Below are positions 1-10,000 of a stretch of DNA of 64,000 nucleotides, piece by piece. The translations under genes and the position numbers were made by a program. Each line of letters starts with the position of its first letter. Within the stretch, counting starts at the first letter, position 1. This stretch comes from Marsupella aquatica (lineage: Eukaryota > Plantae > Marchantiophyta): positions 6,934,470-6,998,469 of the forward strand of contig OZ316897.1 in NCBI GenBank assembly GCA_973895155.1. Reading direction: 5' to 3'. The notes under the pieces were generated by a model that was given only the letters and a program-made list of their open reading frames with translations, was not told the origin of the DNA and searched no databases.

Positions 1-821
1 GAACCAGGAGCGGCCCTGACACTTAGCTTAGTGGGATTGCGGTTCCACTGGTAGGAGCAACACTTGTGCTCCTGCCTTGCTGTACATAGGTAGATTCGGG
101 CAAGTAGATTACTGTCAGGTAGATTAGGCTTACGATGCAAAGAATGGCGGATCCACTACCAGGATAAGTACCTGGGCAGCGGGGAGCTCAGGGCCTCTTC
201 TTTAGCAAGTTTTTAGTTTGCACCAGCCGGGCTGGGATCAAGTAGTACGAGAAGCTCTCGGTTAGTCATACAGTGACCCTTGTGTATATTCATGTTTCCT
301 CATGCCTAAGAGCTGAATAGAGTTGGCCTCACGGCTTAGTTCGCAGAACTTGTGTATGAGATGTACTGTTTGTATGGCAAGTGCATGGTATGACTCGGTC
401 AGAATGAGTCATTTTGCTATTTGTGTGTCGCATTAACTTGTGTGAAGAGTGCCCACATCAACAGAAGGAAGGAAAGTAAGCAGGGGAGTGAGAGTTGGAT
501 GTGTCGAGCTGAGAGAGGTCTTAGCGGCTTAACCAAGCCTATTGGGGATCATTCCGGCGGCGGAATCCAAACATACCTAACAAGACGGAGGGGAAGACAG
601 GGGAAGACAGGGGAAGGCCTATATTAGGCCGGCTACGTATCTCATGACCCGATGAAGGATCTGTCCAGTATATGTGTGTAAAATGTTAATAGTAGTAGTA
701 GAAGGTTAGCAGCGTCCCATGCCGCTAAGCCGCGGAAACGGCCTCGCCAAGCACGAAACCTGCGGGAATCGGCTTGAGCTGGGGGGTTTCTTGGGTTTAG
801 GGAGCCATGGGACGCACCACA
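1..821 (+). repeat. 5' LTR of copy 1 (3' part only)
   Basis: Ends GCACCACA at 821, followed by PBS; near-identical to 10860-11680 (one mismatch seen, C97 vs T10956). Confidence 0.96.
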
Positions 822-825
822 TTTT

Positions 826-843
826 TGGCGCTAGATGGAGGGG
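826..843 (+). promoter_or_regulatory. Primer-binding site (TGGCGCTAGATGGAGGGG)
   Basis: TGG-initiated motif 4 nt after the LTR end; identical at 62916-62933 (+) and 47747-47764 (-); cognate tRNA not identified. Confidence 0.85.
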
Positions 844-890
844 GCATTTCTTAAGCCGTGAGATATGAAGTTAGAACGGAAGCATAGGTA

Positions 891-3844
891 ATGACTGACC
901 TTACGCCGAGGGAAGAAAGAGTGATTCAACGGGAGAGAGCTCGACTGCAGCAGCTCGCCGGGTGGCATGATACACAGCGACTGAGAGGGGCAGAAAGAGC
1001 TGGTAGCTCCGAAACTGGAAGTGGCGTCGAAGAAGACATACCAGAAGAAGAGTCGGTAAGGAGAAGTGAGTCTCCAACCGACATGGGGGAACCAGAGGCA
1101 CGGCCAGACGAGAGGCCAGGGACCAGATTGAGCCAGCGGTCGCGCATACATTACAAGGCATTTCATGGGAGAGGAGATGAGGATCCGGACGAATGGTTGG
1201 ATGATTTTGAGGGAACCGCTGCAGCAAATGGAGAATCGGCCATCAAGATGCAGATTCTTCCCGGCCTGTTCAAGGGTGAGGCTAGGCCTTGGTACAGAGC
1301 ATTAGATGTGGAAGATCAAGCCATCTGGGATATCTTCAAAACACTCTTTGTTAAGGAGTTTCGACCCATTGGAACTTCAGAACTAGCAGTGCTGAAGTTG
1401 GGACAACTTCGGTTCAAGGAGAACAAATCCTTCAGGAAGTTCTTGCAACGCTTTCAGAAACTGGTAAGACGTACAAAGACCAATGCATCTGAAGGTATGC
1501 AACTTCAATGGTTGGTGAATGCTTTGCCACAGAAGATGAGTTTTGCAATTAGGAAGGAGAACCCGGAGACTTTAGCCGAAGCAATTAAGGATATTCAATT
1601 ATACATTAATGCAGATATCACAAGCCGGAAGAAACAACTTAAGTCTGAGAGTTCCTCATCAGAGGAGGGATCACCCCATAAGAAAAAAGATAAGAAGAAG
1701 AAACATTCCAAGAAGTCTAGAAGTGATAAGTCAAGCTCGGATAGTGGGAGTAGCAAGAGTGAGTCATCTTCTAGTTCTGAAGAAGAAAAAACTAGGAAAA
1801 GGAAGGGCAGAAGGAGAGGGAAGACGAAGTCAAGATGGAGGCTAAGCCACCAGATAACATCGTAGCCCTTACCGAGCAACTTAAGGCTATCATTGCAGAG
1901 GTAAAACCAAAGAAGAAGGTAGTACAGGAGGATAGCTCTGTATGGTGTGCCTTATGTTATAAAACCGGACACCATAAAGATGCGTGTCCTAAGCTTAATA
2001 CTAATCATGTTCGGCATGTGGCCGAGATCAGACCATGTCAGGGAGAAGTAGAGTACTTTTTGGGAGATGCCGCTGATAGTGTTTTCGGCATCAGTGAGAC
2101 TGGAGCACGAGACCTATCCAACAGACCTGCATCTCTGTGGTCAGGGTTAAGGAACAATCCAGGAGAGATGTATCCTCGGATTATTCAGAACCCGTTAGTA
2201 CCTCCTAGGCCGAATGTGCAAAGATTTGCGGCGTGCTATAATTGTGGTCAACCTGGCCATTTTGCTAGAGAATGCCCGAATGCACGCAAACAGGGTGATG
2301 GACAACCAGCTCAGCTATGTATGGGATGCCGACAGGAAGGTCATATGCTAGGGCAATGTCCTACTTGGTTGGCAGGCCTGGCCGCAAATCATAAGCTTTT
2401 GCCGATCAAGATCTTACCGCCAGGTACTACCCCCGGAGGAGTTCAAATCAACCACATCAAACTAGGATGGCAAGAGGATGCCGAGGCAGAGTTCGTACCA
2501 TCTGATGATGAGGCCGAAGCCCTATCAACCTTCTCAGAGGAGGATTTAGATCATGATTGCTACCGGGTCTCTACTCGATCTACCAGAAGGAAGGAAAGGT
2601 GGGATGGGCTGGCCAAAAATAAAGGGAAGGTTACGGAGGAAAGGATCGACTCTTCGTCAACATCAACAGAAGGAGACGGGAGGGCTCCGGCAATATAGGT
2701 AAGCCATGAGCCCACCAGTGAAACCAATCCTTCATAAGATAGCGACTTCAATCGAGATCATCCTAGGTTGTTCTACCCCTCTGTTACGGCTAGTGTTAAG
2801 GAACAACTAAGAGAATTAGAAACCCTGGAGAATACCGAAGCCATTGCCAAGGATGTAAAACGAGCAAAAGCATTGTTTGCTTCGGAAGACCCAACAGCTG
2901 TGGAGACTAGCGTGGCAAAACTGGCCGAATCCAAGACGGAAACACCACCAGAAGAGAAGCCGATTGTTCCCTATGACCTGGCTAAAGATGTACTAGAATC
3001 TAGAGTCTCGGCAACAGTAGGTCAACTATTGAAAAATAGCCCGTACTTCCGGAAGCAATTAAGGAAGGCTATTCTCGGCAAGCCGAGATTACCCAAGGTA
3101 GCAACCAGATCCGACGTACTAATGATAGAAGAAGATCAAGGAGCTCCAGCATTACCATTAATGATTCAAGGAGAATTATTACTACGGGTACCCATCGATG
3201 GAGGATCAGGGGTATGTATTATGATTGATTCAACAGCAAAAGGGTGGGGTCTAACACCGGAGATGACTGGAAGAGTGTTGAACATGGCCAATGGATATCA
3301 GGTCATTCCGACGGGAGTGTTAACTGGCATCAAGACAGAGATAGGAGGTATCTTCTTTAGCATTAACTATGTAGTAATGAAGCCGGTAAATCCTACGTCA
3401 TTCTGGCTATTGATTGGTAGGCCATGGCTGTACCTAGCCGAGGTAATAGAAGATTGGGGTAAAAAGCAGTTCACTTTCGGGACCCCCTCTATCACGGTAT
3501 CCTGGGACACTAAGGATGACCGTAGGAAAAGCATAAGTGAAGTAGATGGGTACGACAGTGGACTGGAGTCAGCCGATGAAGTACGTTGGTTAGAATGCCT
3601 CACTAACCTAACCGAAGAAGGTGTCTTTGGACCAGAGGTACCCCCCAGCGGATTATGGCAAGAACCAATGGAAGGTGACTTGGAAGAAGAAGACGAAGAG
3701 GTCGAGGACTGCTTTACAATAGAATCCACCTTTTTAGCTGCAATTCCGGAGGAAGTAAAGGATGTAGACCAATTGGATGAAACGGCTAAGTGGGGAGCAG
3801 TAGCAGGGACAGTGGATTTTCTGCAGGCGTTGTGGCAGAGCTGA
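891..3844 (+). pseudogene. gag: Gag-protease polyprotein, disrupted by a 1-nt deletion near 1827 and TAG at 2696-2698
   Basis: Retrotransposon Gag motif FHGRGDEDPDEWLDDFE, three CX2CX4HX4C knuckles, aspartic protease IDGGSG...LLIGRPWL; copy at 62981+ has the extra A (ACGAAAGTC) that keeps the frame. Confidence 0.92.
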
Positions 3845-6800
3845 CGGGGTCCACAACGCCATCGATCATCGGCAAGGAATTAAATACCAAGGGATCGGCA
3901 TACAAGCCGATTACGAGGGCAGAACAAATTGAGGCCCTATTAGAAGCCGAGAGAGCACAGCGGCCTAACTCTCAGGAGCAAGAGGTGGATGAGATGGACA
4001 GACACGATCTAGAGCCAAGGCAGGAAGGGGAGCCGACCACTAATTCAAAACCGAATAGACCGGTAAGGGGACAATCTATGGACACCAAGGAAGGGACCGA
4101 CTCGGCTAGTCCAGCCGAAATCCCAGTTTATGGAGGTATGAGATTAGAGAGACTGGAAGCCGAACTGGACCCGAATTTGAAGAAGCAGATTAATATGATC
4201 CAAGCACGGCAATATCGGAAGCTCGACTTAGGAGAGGGAAGAGAACTGAACTTAGGGAGAAACCTAGCACCTGAGCTCGAGAAAGAGATCAGTGACTTAT
4301 TGATTGAATTTCAGGATGTGTTTGCATGGAGTCACCAAGATCTAAAGGGAGTAGATCCAACACTAGGGGAACATCGAATTGATCTCATGTTAGGAGCCAA
4401 ATCATTTCGACAACCAATTCGAAGGATGAACCCGAAGTATTCCCTGCTGGTCAAAACAGAAATCGACAAACTAGTGGAAGCTGGATTCATCACTCCAGTC
4501 CTGCATTCAGACTGGGTGTCTCCAATTGTGATAGTTCCCAAGAAAGCTGGACCCGATGGTAAACCCAAGATCCGGGTTTGTCAGGATTACAGGAAGCTGA
4601 ATGAAGCAACATTAAAAGACCATTTTCCTTTACCGTTTACTGATATGGTACTAGACATGGTAGCCAGTCATGAACTATATTCATTCATGGATGGATACTC
4701 TGGTTATAACCAAATCAGGATTCGGCAGGAAGACCAAATCAAGACGGCCTTCATCACGGAATGGGGGATCTATGTCTTCAATCGTATGCCGTTTGGACTC
4801 TGCAACGCACCAGCTATGTTCCAACGATTAATGGTGAACATTTTTCATGATTACTTGAGAAAGTTCATGGAAATCTTCATTGATGACTTTGCAGTATTCG
4901 GGAAGGCATCGAAACATGCTAAATACCTCAGGAAAACCTTCATGAGATGTAGAGAGGTGGGTCTCAAGTTACACCCAGATAAATGTTTTTTTGCAGTAAC
5001 CGAGGGGGTGCTACTAGGTCACAAGGTATCAAGGAAGGGCATTGAGATTGACAAAGGTAAGCTAGCAGTATGGCTAGATATCATGCAACCTAAGAACATA
5101 AAGGATGTGAGATCCTTCTTGGGATGCATTGGTTACTATCGCCGGTTCATCAAGGATTTTGCCAAGCTGGCTTTACCATTAACCAATATGCTCAAGGCAG
5201 GAGCAGACTTCGAACCCACACCCGAACGAGTCACAGCGGTGGTAGAATTGAAGCAGATGTTAGTAGAGGCCCCAGTCATGATAGCACCGGACTGGAACAA
5301 AGATTTTCATGTTTTTGTAGATGTCTCGGGCTTCTGTATTGGCTCAGTACTAAGTCAGTTGGATGAGAAAGGAAGGGACCATCCCATATATTTCGCAAGC
5401 CGTCAGCTTGCCGATGCCGAACGGAACTACTCTACCACGGAAAGAGAAGCATTAGGAGTCATTTATTATTGTAAAAAGTTTAGGCATTATTTACTAGGGT
5501 ACAAGGTAATCTTTCATACTGATCATGAAAGTTTGAAGTACCTAGTCAATAAGCCGGACCTTACAGGCAGAGTAGCAAGATGGATTTTGCTATTACAGGA
5601 GTTTGACTATGAGCTGAGGATCAAGCCGGGAAAGTTACATGCCAATGCCGACTTCTTTTCAAGGATCACAGGTAAACCTGCCACGGATTGCATCGATGAT
5701 CGATTCCCCGACGAGGAGCTATTCGTTGTGGAAATAGCTGATACATGGTACCCTGAGATTTTACAATTTCTCAGCACTTCCAGATTACAGCCAGGATTAA
5801 GCCGAGAGCAAGCCGCAGTCTTTGTGCGGAAGGTCAGACAGTATCAGTGCATTAAAGGCATACTGCACAAGCATGGAATCAACGGCACGATTCAAAGGTG
5901 TTTGGAAAAGAGAGAGGTAAAACGAGTCCTACGGGCCATGCATGGAGAGGAGGCCGGAGGACATTTTGCCCCAGTAACCACGTCTAAGAAGATATTAAAT
6001 GCCGGTTACTGGTGGCCCACCTTGCACAAAGATGTCTATCAGTTTATCAAACAATGCGATCCTTGTCAACGAGCGGGAGGACCAAGGGCGTCCACCAGGC
6101 ATCCACTGCACCCTATTCTACCTCTGGCACCATTCGAGAAGTGGGGTATTGATTACATTGGACCTCTGAAACCACTGACCCACCCTCGACGGAACAAGTA
6201 CATAATCCTGGCTACGGATTATGCAACTAAATGGGTAGAGGCCAGACCAACAACGAAGGATGATGCAATTACGACGGCTAGATTCATGTATGAGCAGATC
6301 TTCACCAGGTATGGAGCACCCCTAGAATTAGTTAGTGATAGAGGAACCCATTTTTTGAATGATATAATTAGTCGTTTAAATGAGCAGTATTTAGTTAAAC
6401 ATAGGCCTACTACTCCCTACCATCCAAAGGCAAACGGGTTGACAGAACGAGCAAACGGAATCATAGGAAAGATATTGAACAAGACAGTAGCTCAGAACAA
6501 ACTCGATTGGGATGATAAATTGTTTGCTGCTGTTTTTGCTTACAATCTTGCCTATAAATCCACTACCGGTCATACACCCTTCTTCTTAACCTTTGGACAA
6601 GAAGCCCTGGTACCCATGCAACTTGAGATACCGACATTTCAAGTTACAATTGAGGAAAGAGCCTCAGCGGAGGAGAGCCTAAAGGAGCAAGAATATAGGT
6701 TAGAAGCTTTAGAGGAAGCGAGAATGATTTCAGCCGAGAGAGTAGAATATAGACAGAATATCCTGAAGCAGCAGTATGATAAAAGGTTAAAAGTAGTTAG

Positions 6801-7056
6801 TATTCATACCGGTGATCTTGTGCTACTTTATGACAGTAGGTATAGTAGGTTTCCAGGAAAGCTTTACACTCGCTGGTTAGGACCCTTTAGAGTAACCATG
6901 ATGTTCCCCAATGGCTCCGTACAATTGGCCAACATTACGGGAGAGGTATATCCAGTTCGCATCCATTATGACCGCCTCAAGAAATACTATATGGACGAAG
7001 ATGAAGTTGTTCGCGAGGACGCTTCACAATTAAGTGGGGAGCTATGTGATGCCTAG
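3790..7056 (+). CDS. pol: Pol: reverse transcriptase, RNase H, integrase (open frame, probably entered by frameshift at about 3814)
   Basis: RT motifs FMDGYSGYNQI, MPFGLCNAP, FIDD; RH DVSGFCIGSVLSQ...NYSTTEREAL; IN HHCC, WGIDY, SDRG, ANGLTER, GPF; stop codon lies 12 nt inside the 3' LTR. Confidence 0.96.
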   Translation: MGSSSRDSGFSAGVVAELTGSTTPSIIGKELNTKGSAYKPITRAEQIEALLEAERAQRPNSQEQEVDEMDRHDLEPRQEGEPTTNSKPNRPVRGQSMDTKEGTDSASPAEIPVYGGMRLERLEAELDPNLKKQINMIQARQYRKLDLGEGRELNLGRNLAPELEKEISDLLIEFQDVFAWSHQDLKGVDPTLGEHRIDLMLGAKSFRQPIRRMNPKYSLLVKTEIDKLVEAGFITPVLHSDWVSPIVIVPKKAGPDGKPKIRVCQDYRKLNEATLKDHFPLPFTDMVLDMVASHELYSFMDGYSGYNQIRIRQEDQIKTAFITEWGIYVFNRMPFGLCNAPAMFQRLMVNIFHDYLRKFMEIFIDDFAVFGKASKHAKYLRKTFMRCREVGLKLHPDKCFFAVTEGVLLGHKVSRKGIEIDKGKLAVWLDIMQPKNIKDVRSFLGCIGYYRRFIKDFAKLALPLTNMLKAGADFEPTPERVTAVVELKQMLVEAPVMIAPDWNKDFHVFVDVSGFCIGSVLSQLDEKGRDHPIYFASRQLADAERNYSTTEREALGVIYYCKKFRHYLLGYKVIFHTDHESLKYLVNKPDLTGRVARWILLLQEFDYELRIKPGKLHANADFFSRITGKPATDCIDDRFPDEELFVVEIADTWYPEILQFLSTSRLQPGLSREQAAVFVRKVRQYQCIKGILHKHGINGTIQRCLEKREVKRVLRAMHGEEAGGHFAPVTTSKKILNAGYWWPTLHKDVYQFIKQCDPCQRAGGPRASTRHPLHPILPLAPFEKWGIDYIGPLKPLTHPRRNKYIILATDYATKWVEARPTTKDDAITTARFMYEQIFTRYGAPLELVSDRGTHFLNDIISRLNEQYLVKHRPTTPYHPKANGLTERANGIIGKILNKTVAQNKLDWDDKLFAAVFAYNLAYKSTTGHTPFFLTFGQEALVPMQLEIPTFQVTIEERASAEESLKEQEYRLEALEEARMISAERVEYRQNILKQQYDKRLKVVSIHTGDLVLLYDSRYSRFPGKLYTRWLGPFRVTMMFPNGSVQLANITGEVYPVRIHYDRLKKYYMDEDEVVREDASQLSGELCDA
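3814..3873 (+). promoter_or_regulatory. Putative -1 ribosomal frameshift signal (G GAT TTT, 10-bp stem, possible pseudoknot)
   Basis: Heptamer 3814-3820 is in the Gag-PR frame and pol is in the -1 frame; GGCGTTGTGG 3826-3835 pairs with CCACAACGCC 3851-3860; same signal at 44731-44777 (-). Confidence 0.8.
7032..7041 (+). promoter_or_regulatory. Polypurine tract (AAGTGGGGAG)
   Basis: Purine-rich run 3 nt upstream of the LTR start TGTGATG; same sequence next to 39248 on the - strand. Confidence 0.8.
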
Positions 7057-10000
7057 ACAGGAATCACTCGGCCGGTTAAGTGGGTAAAGCAGGAAGGCAC
7101 CCTAGGAACACCTTAGTATAGTGACAAAACAAGGAAAATATAAACAATTAGGGGCAACCATGGAACCCGGGCCGAGGCCGGAGGTAAGGCTAAGGGTGAA
7201 AACCCGATTAGGGTTAGGGCGCGTTAAGCGTCGGCGGCTAGGAAGGATCAACGGGAAGAAGGACCGGCAGAGGAGAGGGGTAAGGAGCGCTTGCAGGAGA
7301 TGGTGGCTCATTTGCGAGCACGAACTAGGCAGACGACTACGGGAGGCCAACTACTGTCAGCTGCTTAGGCAAGCACTCGGGGAGAGAGTAGATACCGACG
7401 ATCGACCTAAGGAGGGTATGAGCAACGTCAATCAAGCGGCACATTTCTGGGGATGCCTGTTCGAACGGGCAACTGAGTACATCAAGACTTACGAGGACGA
7501 GGAGTCAGAAAGGGCAGCTCGAGAACGGCAGGAGCTCGCTCGATTGTGGGAGCTGCAGAAGACGGCTTTCTTAGGAGGCGAACTCATCAAGGACGAGTTC
7601 CTGTGGACGCCTACTTCCAATCAACTCGACGATCTTCTGTTTTGCAAAGACAGCGTCGTCGGCATCCGAGAGGCCATCAAGAACTGCAACGACATACACT
7701 GGGAATTAAAGGGTAGCACGGAAAGGTGGACCCAGGCAACGGTGCTAGGAGAAACCTCCACGGCAGCAGAGATGAAGAGGAAGGGAGCCGTCAACGATGA
7801 AGCCACCCCGGCAAAAAGAACGAGGTCGGCGGCACCAAAGAAGCCAGCCGAGCAGCAGAGCAGGAGGCAGGGAGAAGCCGAAGAGGAGGAGGTCGATCCC
7901 ATCAAGGCCATTCCAACCAGGGATGACACCTGGAAGGGCTGGGCGGCAACCCTACCGGTGGAGGTGCAACTACATTTTGCACGGGAGGAGGATGCATGCT
8001 TTACGGCCATGCAGACCAAGAAGTACCAAGGCTTCATGGCCGGATCCGGCTTGGAGGCCTTTATCAGATTACCATGGCTGAAGTCGGAGGTACCGGAGTC
8101 AGACCTATTAGAATTCGTGGGGTCATGGGAACCCGAGACCAATTGCACGAGGATATATGGGAGGGATTTCTATCTTACTCCCAAGGTAATTGCCGAAGTG
8201 TTTGGCCTGCCGATAGGCAATAAGACCAAAGTTGATACCAGGAAGACCTTGCCTGACAAGGAGTTCCGGTCGTTCCCCGGGCCATCAACGAAGAATGGCT
8301 TCTTCCGGAACACCTGCACCAACCCGCACATAGGAGAGATGATCGACTTCTTGCGGGTGACCATGCATTGTAACTTGCCGAGGGCAGAGATCGGCAAGGC
8401 ACAGGTCTATCTGGCAGAAAGGCCAGACCCAAGCCGGGACTACAACGGGTACCTCCTCAACCAATTGAAGAAGATCTTAAAGGAGGAGCAGCAGGTAATC
8501 GGCATGGGGAGCGTGTCGCGGCTTGGCTATCACATGCCGCTGTTGTGCCGGTATGCCAGAGGTCAGACTTTTGCCCCGGTACTTCCCCTGCAGGTAAGAG
8601 CACCCGAGGAAGCTCCAACACCGAGGCCGTTGGCTGAGAAGCCTCAACCACCTGTTAGTCCTACGATCGAGCAGGTGTTTAGGCCCAGGAAGGAAGACTT
8701 GCCGATGCAGCAACCAAGCATGCAGAGTCTGCTGAAACTACTGGAGAAAGAAAAGAAATCGGCATCGGCAACAACAACGGCAACGGCAACAATGCAGGAC
8801 ACTATTACAGAGGTAGGCCTACACCGGCTCACAAGAGAAAACCCCTTTGCTGGAGACAAGGAGAGAATCAGGCCGGAATCCAAGCCAGGTGTTCGAATGT
8901 ACGTGGGAACCTCAAGCTCCGAATCTGAGGCAGAATTGCCTGAAGCTCCTACCGACGAAGAGGAGAGGGAGAAGCCGGACGTCCAAGACGTAGAGGAGGC
9001 AGTGGAGGACTGCAGCCATGATAATTCCGGCTATGGGTCGGACCATCACGTTCCAGGAGTAAGGACCTGTGGCCGGTTTGTCCCCACACTTCCAAGGGTA
9101 GTGCGAGGGGACCCCAACCAGCAGAGTAGCCCTGAGTCTCCCCCACCAGATGTTGCTCCCCCGAGCTTCGACGGCATAAAATAGACGGTGCAGGAATTTC
9201 AGGAGCGAATCAAGCAGGAGGAAGAGGCCGCCCTGGCTAAGGAAAAGGATTTACCAGGAGGAGATTGGCCGAAGGACATCAGGCGGCTAGCCGAAAAAGG
9301 AAGCAAACCTCTAGCCACGATTGAAGAGATCCGCAGGACGGCTTGGGAGCAGAGGCCACGATGGGCGATGCCGATCACTTCTACTTACTCCACCTACGCT
9401 AAGAATAGAGCCATGGAGTATGGTGAGATGTGTGGGGAACTTGCGCTCGGCATCTTTGGAGAGGAGTTGGAGATAGGACCCTTTTTCCATAGGGAGCAGT
9501 TGGAGAAGCACCAATTAGAAGAAGCGGTGGCTTTAGAGAGAAGCAAGAAGGACGAGGTCATTCGGCGGCTTAGGAGGATGGAAGCCGAGATTGAAGATCT
9601 AAGGGAGGCCAAGAAAGCCCAAGATGAACTGCGGATTAAACGACATGAGCTGAACATCATGCAGGGGCAGTTGGACACCGCGCAGGCTGATAATCAGAAT
9701 ATCAAGGATAAACTGACTCAGACGCAGGAAGAGTTGGCCGACACGATCAAAGAGAGGGAGAAGTGGAAGCAAGAGCTGAAGAATACAGAGGAGGCCCACA
9801 TAACAGCCAACAGCCGGGCCATGGCGGAGACCCAAAGAAAGGAATGGGCGTTGAAAGGGGAGCTCAAGAAAATCCGCGGAGCCCTTGAGCAGAAGGAGGT
9901 CGAGTTAGGGAAATCTTATCAAGGGATTACGGTGCTGCAGCAGGAGCTTGCGTCCCTGACGGCCAGCTTCAAGGCCGACCTAAGGGAGAAGGACGAGATG

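Noticed and set aside
421-627. Short and antisense ORFs repeated across LTR, gag and pol copies
   Set aside because: Shadow frames of repeated sequence, mostly with non-ATG starts
625-790. Possible hammerhead or other ribozyme in the structured LTR end
   Set aside because: CCGATGA rather than the CTGATGA core, and I could not build the required stems around a GAAA
7121-7417. 99-aa Arg-rich N-terminal extension of the LTR ORF
   Set aside because: GTG start overlaps the TATA-like box, stops occur here in the 24059 copy, and family 3 similarity starts only at MSNV; probably leader sequence, though not excluded
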